From assembly GCA_964247055.1 (NCBI GenBank), contig OZ176055.1:4154001-4218000 (forward strand): 64,000 nucleotides of DNA, read 5' to 3'. Numbering within the stretch: the stretch's first letter is position 1; each line of letters opens with the position of its first letter. Positions 1-12,100 of this stretch are shown piece after piece. The position numbers and the translations under genes are program-made. The DNA is from Paragordius varius. Lineage: Eukaryota > Animalia > Nematomorpha. The notes below the pieces were generated by a model, which saw only the letters and a program-made list of their open reading frames with translations, was not told where the DNA came from and did no database searches.

Positions 1-1594
1 GTTATGCTCTTAATAGTTTATCATATATTTTGAAGATATCTTTTGGAAAAAGTCTCTAGCTTTCACCAAAAAAATTATTTAAAAAGCGCAGATTTTGCCA
101 TATTCTGATATGGAGCAACAAAATGGTAAACATCCTAAAATCACTCGTATAGGCCAAAACCAAAAGCACCATGATAATCGTGATACATTTTCTTATCAAT
201 ATATATATACATATATATATATATTTCGTCAGGTTTTATTTTTTCATACCCCTCGATTTTTGACCCAATGTAATCCACTCCATACATAGCAAAATTTTTC
301 TTTCACGTAACCTTTAATTGGTGATAACAATGAACTTAACAAATCACTCAACTATGATATCCCCTTTTTTATATGAGCATTTTTATTTATATTACAACCA
401 AGACTCTCTATTTTTCTTTTTATGCTACACATCATCAAGGACTTCAATAAAATCCAATTTAATAAATAAAGCGGTTTGATTCCTTTTAAATTCCAAAAAT
501 GAAATAATAAACAATATCAAGCATTTTTGTGGAAACTCATAATATATACGCCCAAAATCGGGCGGTTAAAAAATGTACTGATAAAATATATAATTCTGAT
601 ATTAAAATGTATCAGGATCATAGTGTTTTTGGTTTTTCACTATATTTAAAAAGTTTTTCCTTTGGTAACTAAATGGCAAAATTTGCGTTTATTTTGCCAA
701 ATACCATTATTAGTTAAAGCTAAATGATTACTTAAAAAAAGATTACTCAAATACATCATTCGGCATATAAAAAGAAAAACCAATACTATTTATGATTTAA
801 AATTAACTTTAGCCGTAGAATCTAAAAAAAAAGACGAATTGCGCCTGTATGGAACCTTTTTCTCAATACTAATTTTTTATTTATTTTTTATATGTTTTTG
901 AAACTTCATGATCTTTTCAATTTTATATTCTATTGGCATATTGGAGTAGTAATTTTGTAAATAAACCACAGTTTAAGTAAGTTTAAATTTATTTTAGGAC
1001 CGTTCTCATGTATAGATAAAAAAGCTTATTTTAATTTTGTGACTTCTAGAGATAGAATTGGGACAGCTTCAAAACGCGATTGAAACGAATAGCTTATAAT
1101 AAAATATAATATATCAAGTTTATGCTGGTAAAATGTAACCTAAAAGCCTTTTAAAGCTAATTATCTACATTTTCTAACAATAACATATATTTATTTACGC
1201 GTAGCATTAGCGATATGATTTATAGTAAAAAAATGGCGGCAAAAAGTATAAGATATTTTTTGAAAATTTTTTTTAGATAATGCTGCTAATAAGGCTAAAG
1301 AAAGCATATATTTAAATTCGGCTTAATACCTTATATACTTATAATACATTCTAATTTTAAATGGCACTGAGATATAAAAGCTACATCGAAGATAATGGAG
1401 TGTTGATAGTTATTAAAATTAAAGTTTCTTGGCCTGTAAAAGTCAGCTATCCCACTAAGTTTAAATAAACAAAAGGTAAAATTCTTTCATATATAATTAT
1501 AATAGCTATCCGATTTTAACAATATTAAAATAATTTAACTTCGGAGCCCAGAAATACCCTCATGATTTCTAAAAATATTTTGGTTGTATATAAA

Positions 1595-1845
1595 TATACC
1601 ATTTACACTTCAAATTCACCCTTGAACAATTCAAATTCGCCCTAAAATTAATTATGTTTTTTAAGATTAAAAATTAGTTACATTATTTATATTTTTTAAA
1701 AATGTAATTTTGTTTAAATTAAATAATACTGAAAAAATAATAAACATGCCTAAAGTTATATTTCATATTAGACATAATTTTTTAGGGTAAATTTGAATTT
1801 TTTAAGGGTGAATATGAATTGTTCCAGGGTGAATGTAAATTATTT
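1595..1845. mobile_element. Short degenerate member of the 21-bp-repeat foldback family, about 75 nt upstream of the NDC80 ATG
   Basis: Left end TATACCATTTACACTTCAA is identical to the left end of the 42035-42837 element. It is followed by variant units (TTCAAATTCACCCTTGAACAA), with inverted counterparts at about 1780-1845. Confidence 0.7.
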
Positions 1846-1919
1846 CCCAGTGTTACAAAATAGAACATTCATATTCACACATTTTGCACAGTTGTAAATA
1901 ATAGCGCTAAATTCAAATT

Positions 1920-4900
1920 ATGGAAAGATTATCTATTTATAATACCAATCTTTCTCAGACAGGTTTATGCGTTCATTTATTTCTAGTTAATAATCCGCGG
2001 CAAAGTGGAATCGGTAATAAAACAAGCATCGGAAGTTTATGTTTTAAGTATCAAAATAATAAATTTAGAATTGACTTGGGAAAAAAGGAACTGAAATTCG
2101 ATGAATCTAGTAAAAAACAGAATATTGAGAAAATATATTCGGTATATGCAAATTATATTAAATTAGCATCTAATTAAAAATGAATTTGGCTATGATATCA
2201 GTCCAAAAATATTGTCAACACCATCCACCCAAACATTTACTAGAGTTTTTTCAGTATATTTACAAATTATTTTAGTTTATATTTCATAGCTTTAAACAAA
2301 ATTTAGTTGTTCCGGATAAATATAGCCCGGAATTTTTTATGCAAGCGTTAAAGTCTATCGGATACCCTTACAAAATACAAAAATCTATTTTGTCATGCCA
2401 CAGTGGTACTCTGTCATGGCATTATTCATTGGCTACCATAGTTTGGATGATTGAAACTCTTGAAGTTAACATAAAAAACAAATTTACATAGGATTTCAAA
2501 CCTTTTTTGACATATGCGACCTATAAATCAGAACAGCCCGCAAAAACTGCTAATATCCGTTTAACTGCGTTAGCTGATGAAATTTTTAAACAGTCTGTAT
2601 CTACCAATTACATTTGTGCTTTGAAAAAGGAATGTTATAATCAATATCAAACTCATGGACACAATGAAAATATGAATCCGACTTACATTAAATTCAAAAC
2701 AGATTTTGGTGAATAATCTTTTTTTTTATTCAAAAAATTTGACCATATTTAAACGTATATTACAATCAATGATTTAGAAAACAATAGAATGGAAGAATTG
2801 AAAGGACTTGAAAACGATACTAAAATGCTAGACAAGGAACAAGTTAGCCTACAGATTAGGGTTCAAGCCTATGATAGGTATATGCCTTTTGTTTATTAAA
2901 TCTATCATACGCTGATGAAATAACACCTATGTGCTTTAACAATTAAATTATCAAAATTCTTTTTTTAAGTTTTTTAGTCCAGAGATATTTGTAAATAACG
3001 ATAGAAATATTCAACTACTAGAATAGGTTTGTTTGCTAACTATAATTGAATTAACAAATAGATTTTCTTTGCCGGTTTTAACTAAAATAGCAGGGATGTC
3101 CAACCCGCTGTTTTCTGTGCGCAAAAGTGCTCTAAATATGTTAAAAAAATAAAATTGGATTTCAACAAAAATTTTTGATTATTTAGAAGATATACCAAAT
3201 GGGCCTAAAAATATAAAATAACCAAAAAGTATCAAAGCAAACACGAAGCATCTGTGTTGGACACCGCTGTTCTCTAGACTACATCATTAATTTCCGGAAT
3301 GAAATTGAATCACTTTATTTGCTTTAAAGTTAGGCTACAAAATAGCATAACTACTAACGCAAAAAATATCTGAAAAAATGGTTTTTTTGGTATCTTTTAA
3401 ATTGTTAAAGGCATGTTTGGGCGTCGAATCGATTTTGTAGTTAACGTTTCTTGAAAGAAAAGAAGCGTAACAAATTTGACATGATATAAATTATGCCAAA
3501 CAAAATAAGGACAATAAAATATAAATTTAATGGATCAGGGAAACAAACCATAAAATCTATCTATTTCATGCTAATTAAAATTAGGAAAAAAGGGATTATG
3601 AAAATGTGTCGGACTTATCGGCGAGTTATCGGCTCGGCTTGAAAACAAGAGTCAAATATATGCCATTGAGTTATGACTTTTTAGCAATTTATAATATATT
3701 ATTGTTTATCCTTTTTACAAAAATTTAAACATAACATAACTGGATTTATTTATGTAGATTGGATGCAAAACGCCAAGAAACCGAGGAAGAAACACAAGCT
3801 TTGGACCTGTATCAACAAAAATTAGCGGCTCATTTGGCAATTTTGATTGAGAATCAATGTGAAAAACATGAACATATTTGTGGACTCCGTAATATATTTC
3901 AATCCATAAACATTTTTTCCTGTCTGTTATTTATTGCATTTATTTCGCTATTATGCCGTTTATTCCATATAGTTTCCCCCATTTAAGAATAAAATAATTA
4001 AATCAGCTCAGTGTTTAGACTGTCTTTATATTTTTATTTTCTAAATCTAAGGTAATGCACTCGAAAAAACTGAAAGGGAATGCTTAATGTTAGAGAAACA
4101 AGTTCAAAACCAAAAATATAATAAGCAAGATTTGGAAAAATTACAAGGGAAAAAGCTTCAACTTTTGGCAGAAAACAAATCTCTTGAGGAATATTGCGCT
4201 CAGCTTAAACTTGAACGCACTAACATTGATACAAAATCGGCAACCCTTGTAAATTTGGTAAGAATCGTAACTTAAATAATTTTAATATATACTTGTATCT
4301 TTGTTAATTTGTTATAGATTACTCAACATTGCACCGATTATAATCTTAAAATTGGTTACAAATTTGGCCATGAATTGGAAATCGGAACGCAAAGTTTGAT
4401 TGAACCGATCAGTAATAATGCAGAGTATCCCTCGGCACTCAAAAATGGCATTAATTTATTTCAACAAGCTTGTGAAACAGAGCTAAACAAACAGAAATCG
4501 CTTGAATGTGACTCAGAAACTGTGAAAGATAAATTGGAAAAGGTTATTTTTTAATAGGTTATTTATTGTTAATTACCATTTCAATTAGTTTTATAAATGG
4601 GGACATTATTTATGTTATATCTGCGTCTGAGTATGGTCGAATTACATTTACTTTCCAAGAGTGTCTTTGAACACTTCAAGTTCGCCTTTGGACATAACAA
4701 GTTGGTCTTTCAACACTTTAAGTTGATCCTTGAACACTTTTAGTTGGTCCTTGAACACTTCAAGTTGGTCCTTAAACTTTTTTGTTTTGTTTTTTAATTT
4801 TATTAATTAAATCGATTATTTATAATATATTACCTTTTTTAACTATTTTCTTTACTTAATATGAACTTTAAATCACTGTCAACTTATAATTAATAAAAAA

Positions 4901-5974
4901 CCGTATATCTTTATTAATTTCTTAAAAACTATTTTAATATTTATAAGATTAACAATAGTTTTCTGGTTTATTAATTACAATTTTTTGTTAAAAACATTTA
5001 AAAGGAAATAATTTTGTTAAATTGGAAAAAATTAGTTTGAAATAAAATAGGTGGTTTTTGAATAAAAAAATTTATAATGAATTATGTAAATTAAGAAAAT
5101 TCAAAACAATAAAATAAAGAAATACATGCAAAAATGGTCAAATCCAAAAAAATAAAGGACCAACTTGAAAAGTTCAAGGACATTCTTGAAGTGCCTAAAA
5201 AATTTATTTGCGCGTTAAAGCATTTCATTGATTTTGATAAAATTTTAATGTCCTTTTATATTTACATGTATATTAGCTGAATAATGAAAAAGTACAACTC
5301 GAAAAGGGCGTTGAAATCTTAGAATCCCGAGTCAATCATGCCAAAAGTGAGTGTGACAAGGCCAAGGACACCAAATTAGAGTACATGAAAAATAATCTTG
5401 TAAACAAAGACAAATTATTGGGTATAATAATTTATATTCTTATTTTATAAAAATAAATAAATATATATATTATTTTTGATTTTAGCGAAAATTGAAACAC
5501 TCACATCACAAGTTAAAGAAATGGATGTTTTGATTAAGGAAAACAGAAATAAGAAAGAGGATGCCAAAATAAGGTATAATCTAAGATGTTTTTAACTCCA
5601 TATTTTTTAAGTAACTAGTCAACTCAAAGATTTTATTTTAATTTTTTTATTCAAAAGAATTATAGTATAATTAACAAAATATTTATGCGTAGATTTGAAA
5701 ATTATAAAAAGGAATATTACGAGTTCCTAAAATTGACGCATGAAGCCTTAATGATTGATGAAAATCGCTTCGAATTGGCTAAAATACATGTAGAGGTATA
5801 TATACATTTTACATTTTTTAAACAATTTCTTTTCGAATAAAATTAATATTCCCCTTTTAGCATAATAATCAGCTGATCGAGCAAGAAGAAAAGTTTTATG
5901 AATCGTTTTGCAAAGAAATTGAGGAGGAAATGTTAGATATTGAACGAGAGATTCACACTCATTTAGAAAATTAA
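1920..5974 (+). CDS. NDC80: Kinetochore protein NDC80/HEC1 homolog, 13 exons, 600 aa (CH domain followed by long coiled coil)
   Basis: Manual exons: 1920-1962, 1987-2141, 2167-2253, 2276-2464, 2492-2708, 2778-2877, 3758-3888, 4052-4257, 4318-4542, 5277-5421, 5486-5573, 5693-5795, 5861-5974. All junctions are GT-AG and phase-consistent (1803 nt). The spliced peptide KKQNIEKIYSHLIKNEFGYDISPKILSTPSTQTFTRVFSFIFHSFKQNLVVPDKYSPEFFMQALKSIGYPYKIQKSILSCHSGTLSWHYSLATIVWMIE aligns without gaps through GYP to the Ndc80 CH domain as I recall it (human ..EFLTENGY..SLQAPSVKDFLKIFTFLY..EEEVPRIFKDLGYPF..SKS..W..LVWLID). The rest is E/K/L/Q-rich coiled coil. Intron 1 is in-frame and stopless, so it is optional. 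Confidence 0.88.
3091..3269. mobile_element. hAT-like MITE in NDC80 intron 6
   Basis: Ends CAGGGATGTCCAAC ... GTTGGACACCGCTG form imperfect terminal inverted repeats of the CAGGGGTGTCCAA type seen in hAT/Charlie MITEs. A related copy lies at 10892-11159. The 8-bp TSD is not clean. Confidence 0.55.
4643..5193. mobile_element. Decayed copy of the 21-bp-repeat foldback element in NDC80 intron 9
   Basis: Left arm has degenerate TTCAAGTTGGTCCTTGAACA units (about 4655-4775). The right arm is inverted (AAGGACCAACTTGAA..AAGGACATTCTTGAAGTG, about 5155-5193). The AT-rich middle is homologous to 42210-42640 (shared AAAAACCGTATATCTTTATTAATTT). Confidence 0.8.
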
Positions 5975-7189
5975 TTTCATTATTTTATACATCGTTTTAC
6001 TTATAAATTATTATATTTTCAATTCCAAATTGTGCATATATGCTGATTTTGATTAAAGAACATAGTAAAGTAGTTATTTTTTATATCCCGGCGAATTTTT
6101 GTAGACTATCTTATTTTGGAGGCTACAAATTTTGTGATTATTATTACTAATTTAATCCATAATCTATTGGTAAAATATTGCTAATACAATGTATGATAAT
6201 CTTCAAAAATTTACGTTTCATGGTTAACAAGAGATAAAATTTAGATATTCTAAAGTGGGCAGAAGGCAATGCAATAATAAATAAAGTCATTTTTACCGAT
6301 AATAAGTTTGATGATATAAAATTTTCGCATAATGAAATCCGAATCTTTTATATGTTTTGAAGAAGAAAAATAGTTAGTAAAAAGTGCGGAACTTTTTAAA
6401 ACCAAATAATAAACAGCGAAAAATTCCCAATTTATCCTTGTATCAGCTGGTTTAAGATTTATGGAGATCATGATGATTATCTTTCGTAGTTAAGTCATGA
6501 GTCATAACCAGTTTTAATCAAAATTATTATGCCAGTTTATGTACCGGTTTTGTGAATTTTAACGATTCAATTAAAATGTTCATTTTATTAAAAAGTTACA
6601 TTTCCAATTTTTCGAGTTAGTCGATCGTTACAGCAATAAAATCCTATGCCAATAACACATGCTTTAAATAAAATTCCGATTCACCTCATTCTTAGTTTTA
6701 TAACAGGTTTTTTTACTATATAATTTTCATGTCTTGTTAAAATCACCTAAAGCAGATACCTAATCAAACGTAAAAATTAAAAACAAATACCTTTTATAAA
6801 AGGATAACCATATTTTATTGACCTATTGATGTTGTGTAAGAAATATAGATGTAAATGTTCACAAATCATATTATATATTTTAAAATATTAATTACATTTA
6901 ATGTGGGAAATATTTAGTTTAAAAAGGTATAGTTATTTAAAAATATTTTTTTACTTTTAATCTGTATAATCCAAATTTTTACTGTATTTCGGTTTATAAA
7001 TGGGTAATCTGATAATATGGACAATAATAATAATTGCAAACTCGTAATGCAATCTAATTAGGAGGTAGCATCACCCACGACCTGAGGACTTGTTAACTCA
7101 GGGTTTGCAGATTAATTTAAAAAGGCACTTAATATGCACATATTGGCTACCCGCGATGTTAAATAAACTCCAATTATTAAATGTGCTGA

Positions 7190-8320
7190 TCTCATTACTT
7201 ATTCAGAAATCGAAACAGCCCTAACAATGATGAAATATAAGAACACATATTTCTGAACTCACGATTGATGTATTAAAATGGGCTAATCATAATAAAATGT
7301 TTTTAATCATATATAATCTTTTTAATATAATAGCATCGGACATGGTACTATATGTTTGGACTGAAAGTTTTATTATCCCTCTTTATAAAGGTAAAGGTGA
7401 TCTAATTCTCAGTCCTATAGACCAATAAAAATTTGGAGCATTATATGAAACTCTATGAATGTGTGAATCTTAAAAAGTTAGTCCAGCTGAACGATTTGCA
7501 ATTTGGATTCACATGCAATTTTTATTTACGCCAATTGCAAATTGTGATTTACGAAAAAAACCATTATACTATGCCTTCATAGATTTTCGAAAGTGTACGA
7601 TTCTATCCCAAGACTAATACCTTGGGCCCTTCGCCAAAAAGGGGTCGAAGAGTGGCATATAGATGCAATAATGGTTTTATGTACAATCCAACCGCTTATG
7701 GTTAAAACGGCCTTTGGGCTCACTATAAAGTTCACCATATCTACCGGCCTTCAGTAGGGCTCAATCCTAAGCCCTTTATTGTCCAACATTATTACAAACA
7801 AATTGATGGAAGTTAAAGGCGGTCTACCTTGCTAAATTATTACGCAGATGATATTGTACTCATAGAAATCAGAGGAGAAACTTTTGTGTACCTTCGAAAA
7901 CTAAAAAGTGTTTTGAATTTTAGGGGCTAATTAAAAAAAATAAATGTTTATGCCGAAATTGCGGGAAAGATATTATAAGCAAGTCGATTCAGTGCCCACA
8001 ATGTAAATGGTTACATAAAGAATGTACTTATCTCCCAACCCTTCCAGTTAACTTAAATTTTTTATGCAAAAAATGCTCTATGAAAAGTCTCCGAGTCCTA
8101 ATCACGTTATCCTCAACAAGTTTGGGATCGAGACAGTTGAAAATTTGTTTATCTGGGATATAAGGTATGAGCAGGTGGAGGACTCGAAAAACTATCACGC
8201 ATCGCATATTCAGTTCTGGAAAAAATACCACTCGTGGAAATCCATCCTATCAAACAGGTATATTAACCTCGCAACAATATGTATAAATAGACCAAAACTA
8301 TTCAACCGGCATTAAAATAC
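7190..8320 (+). mobile_element. Decayed non-LTR retrotransposon reverse transcriptase (RTE-like), pseudogenised
   Basis: Frameshifted motifs in RT order: SEIETAL.MMK, WTESFIIPLYKGKGD..YRPIK, AFIDFRK, WALRQKGVEE, GLQ*GSILSPLL, YADDIVL, E.VENL, W.KYHSWKSIL. Many stops. Confidence 0.85.
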
Positions 8321-8530
8321 GCATCAGCAACATGAACACTAACAAACACGCTCAACGCTAAATTATTTCAATTAGAACGCAAACTTTCAATATATATATA
8401 TCTTATATAATACAGTTTAGAGTCTCTTTTTTCCTTTTTTTATTAAAGGGTAAGGACTTAAAATTGTATCCGGACATGTGAAGGCTTTAACACTCGCCTG
8501 CCCAGGGCTGACAGTGATGATGGAAAAAAT

Positions 8531-8602
8531 GCGTTGTTTCGGGGTTCGAACTCTGGCACGCAGAGTTAGAGTGCGGCGCCCTACCTACTATACCATCACA
8601 AC
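8531..8602 (-). pseudogene. tRNA-like sequence (tRNA pseudogene or tRNA-derived SINE head); anticodon position reads CTA
   Basis: Minus strand GTTGTGATGGTATAGTAGGTAGGGCGCCGCACTCTAACTCTGCGTGCCAGAGTTCGAACCCCGAAACAACGC. It has A-box-like TGGTATAGTAGG, B-box GAGTTCGAACC, T8/A14/G18G19/T33 at tRNA spacing, 5 of 7 acceptor pairs and a T6 run directly downstream. The anticodon and T stems are mismatched. Confidence 0.5.
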
Positions 8603-8650
8603 TTTCAATACAATCTTGTATTATTAGCACAATCAAAGAATAATTAGACA

Positions 8651-8833
8651 ATGGACCTTGAGCCTCACACAATTCTAAAAATAATATCAATAGTTGATGT
8701 AATTCAAATGGGTAAGTTAAGATGGGCGGGCCACATACATTGCAAAGAATTGTCCAACATAATAAAAACAATGTTACATTACAAAGTCAACATTGCACGT
8801 AAATCAGGCAGACCCTTAAGACATACTTGTTGA
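8651..8833 (+). mobile_element. 3' end fragment of an RTE-type LINE ORF
   Basis: ORF peptide IQMGKLRWAGHIHCKE...K.MLHYKVNIARKSGRPLRH matches the RTE C-terminal pattern RLRW.GHV.R...R..GRP..RW. Confidence 0.7.
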
Positions 8834-9118
8834 TAATAATAATTGTAAAGGTTCTAGCGCAAAACAAATTAGATATAGAATTAGCTCATAATAGTGTTAT
8901 GGAAAAAACAATTACAAGAGACGTTCCTTTTGGGACAACCTCCTCAATGAACCATTTTTATACAATTTACATCATAGAGAAAATAATGGACCTTAAAATA
9001 CCGTATAATAGATATGTTTTTAGCATTGATATGGCATTTAATTAAATAAATATAATAAATAGATTTAAAAAGCACGTTGGGCGGTTATACAATCATGAGA
9101 AATGATAAAAATATATCA

Positions 9119-12100
9119 TTATATAATAAAATCTATATCCATTTGTTCTGAGGCATCAGAATTATCAAGAGAATTAATTGATTCATCTTGAATACTTTTT
9201 TCAGCGTGTCCACCGTAAAATCCATTGTGAAAACTAGTATTAGTTGACATATTACTAAATGCATGTTCACTTATATGGGTACTCTGATCCATTACACCCT
9301 TGTTGGTTGGAGTTTGGATATAAAAGTTATTGTCAAAATTTGCGTTTTGACGATTTTCTCCATTGCTATATGGGGTTGGCTTTATAGAATAGGGGTGTGG
9401 ATGACCAGAATGATTATTGTTTTTATTATTATTGAAATGTTTTTGTTCTAGGGAATTACAAGATTCACGCATATTTGCGTTTCTATTAGAGGCCATAGAC
9501 TTGTTATAAACTGAGGAAGATGGAGTTGTAACTCTGGGTATCCTAATTTTTTCCACATCACTTAGGATGGTTGGTGATTTTAATGTCATCATATTCTTTT
9601 TTGCCAATATTTCAGGAAATGATTCTTGGAAAAGCGAATAATTCTCATAGCCTGATGGTGTTTTAAAACTTTTACATAAATCTTCACTGTTAAATCCATC
9701 GTAATCTGTGTTTGCTAATTTCTGATTAAACCAATTATTGTGATTATTTCTATTATGTCCTAGGCCGGCATTTATGGGCGTCGTTCCATAAATATTAGCT
9801 TCTCTAGTTAAAATAAGTGAAATGGGTCGAATACCATTAGAATATATTACATTGTGTTCTTTGATGGAACCAATGTTAGGGGGTGGTTCTGAGTCTCCAC
9901 GTCGATATGAAGCGTTTGTGAATGAGTTTTGGGTTAAAATTTGTTGTTTATTGCTAACACTTTTCCTACTATCTTTTTTCCAAGTACCACCGCGTTTAAT
10001 TATCGAATTTGCCCATCTCTTATTCATCAATTTCTTGGGGAGTGGAATACTACCAGAAATAACTGAATGGGTTGGAACATGAGGTGAAATATTTTTAATT
10101 GCATTTTGATGGTAAGACAACTTGTTAATTGGTAAACCAAATGAATCAGTGTGCTCTAACATGGATTGAGCAAATTTATTGATTATTTCAACGTCTGCAT
10201 AAATGAGGTTGTTACATCTCCCATTTTCCTATAAAACAAATTATATAATTTTGTTAAAAAATAAATCCTAAACTTTGACAATTAATACGCGGTAAAATTA
10301 ATTAGTCAAAATTAATATTAATACTAAGGCATCGTTTCGTTTCTTCTTCGTAACAAGGTTAGTGCATACAAGAGGTGCGACATCAGGAAAAGAGCTTAAA
10401 CACACTCTGTAATTCATGGGATTATCTGTCATCATAAAATAGAATTATTAAATCCGCAGATAAAACGAAAGCTCTTGAAGGTAATTAGTGTATAAATAAA
10501 TTATTGTCGCAATTTTCTGTATAAAAATTTAAACCTTAGATTTATTTGACATTTGAAAATTATTTGATATATATCGGCATTAATTTTAAGATTTCGACAT
10601 AATAAGCGATACTAAAAATAAAAAATGCAAAACTCTCATAAAACGGTATATCAAATTATTTTTGTTTTTAAATATGATAAAAAAAATTACTTTGAAAATT
10701 TGTCATTGTTCTGTTTCGTGCTATAAATCCTTCCAATCTAAATAAAATATATGATAAATAAGGTCATATCAAATTTTATTATATAAAATATATTAGTTAA
10801 TTAAAAACACGAGTTAATTATTAAAAGAGGACCATAAATATGAACTCTTTAATTGATAAATATATTTACCAAATTATCAACTTTTTAAAAGCAGGGGATG
10901 ACCAACACGCGGGCGCGGCCCTCTAAAAAATTTCTACAGTCAGCGAGAAAACTGTATAATTTACTGAATCCAGGTAAAATTGATTTTTTCAAACAAATTT
11001 TCTGGAGTCTCACCAAATTCCGGCATGACCCAGGAGAAATTGTTAAAATAATTAACAGTATTAAGTCTTATATTTGAATTTTAATATATTTGTAAATCCC
11101 CATATATGCGGCCTATCGGATTTTGCGGCCCGCGAAGCTATTTGTGTTGGACACCCCTCTATTAAAGTAAAGTGTGAATACTTATCTAAGTCAGTTGGCC
11201 CAACAAGGTCACCATTGATATTTTTTGGGCTATATTTTGTATCAGATGGATCTGACCCTACAAAAAGGTATAATATCAAAATAGACAATTTGATGGGTGG
11301 AATAAACTGGAAGAAAATTATGTTTTCATATAAATTTTCACAATAAAATGTGAATAATGTTTGAAATGATGCGATTATCTAATTTTTACATTGATAAAAT
11401 TTAGCTGATTTATTTAAAATATGTAATTACTATTTATTCTTGCTGGTTTGATGGGTCTCCCATTTTTCGGTTTGCAGAGAGTTAGTACTAAAACGACACT
11501 TACAACTATAGCTGAAAGAAAAATGGATAAAGCAATAGTTATTTTAGTTTTGTCGAGATATCTATCTGGTATAATATTTGTGGCAGTAGTACCTATGTAT
11601 GAGAGAAAACAGATATTTCAAATGTATAAGAAAGATGTCCGAAAACATTTTCAATAAATGCATAGAGTAGTTTATAATTTCAAAAGATACAGTAAAAACT
11701 GAAATTATACGGACAAAACGTAGAAATATAAAGACAAATATTTTTTTTACATAAAACCGATATACTTTTTTAAACTTGATTATTTAAAATATGACTCATT
11801 GTTTCAAATTATAAAGTAAGAATTAGGGATTATGGTAACACAGCCAATTACAGTATGACTAAGTATATATTGCTAGAAAGTTATTATTTAAAAAATAGCA
11901 TATGCAGCATATTGGCTAATAACAGTAAAAAGTGAAAACTATAAGCCAATACTACTGTCCTTTGTTGTATGTGCTGTTTGGCAATAATTATATATATACT
12001 TACTCATATTGATATTTTGCCATTGTAATTAAATAGTTTAGATAAAAAAAACAAGGTTTTAGTATGGGTGTCTTTTTGAAAAACTTATTTGTCTGTACGT

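Noticed and set aside
2441-2491. A 51-nt intron instead of the 27-nt one in NDC80
   Set aside because: It would delete VWMIETLE, the conserved last helix of the CH domain. It is not formally excluded without cDNA.
6250-6471. 73-aa minus-strand ORF convergent on NDC80
   Set aside because: No recognisable motif and no partner exons found; the composition resembles AT-rich noncoding DNA.
9263-10082. Plus-strand ORFs 9263-9451 and 9822-10082
   Set aside because: They are antisense to the long terminal exon of the Ig gene, with no independent gene signals.
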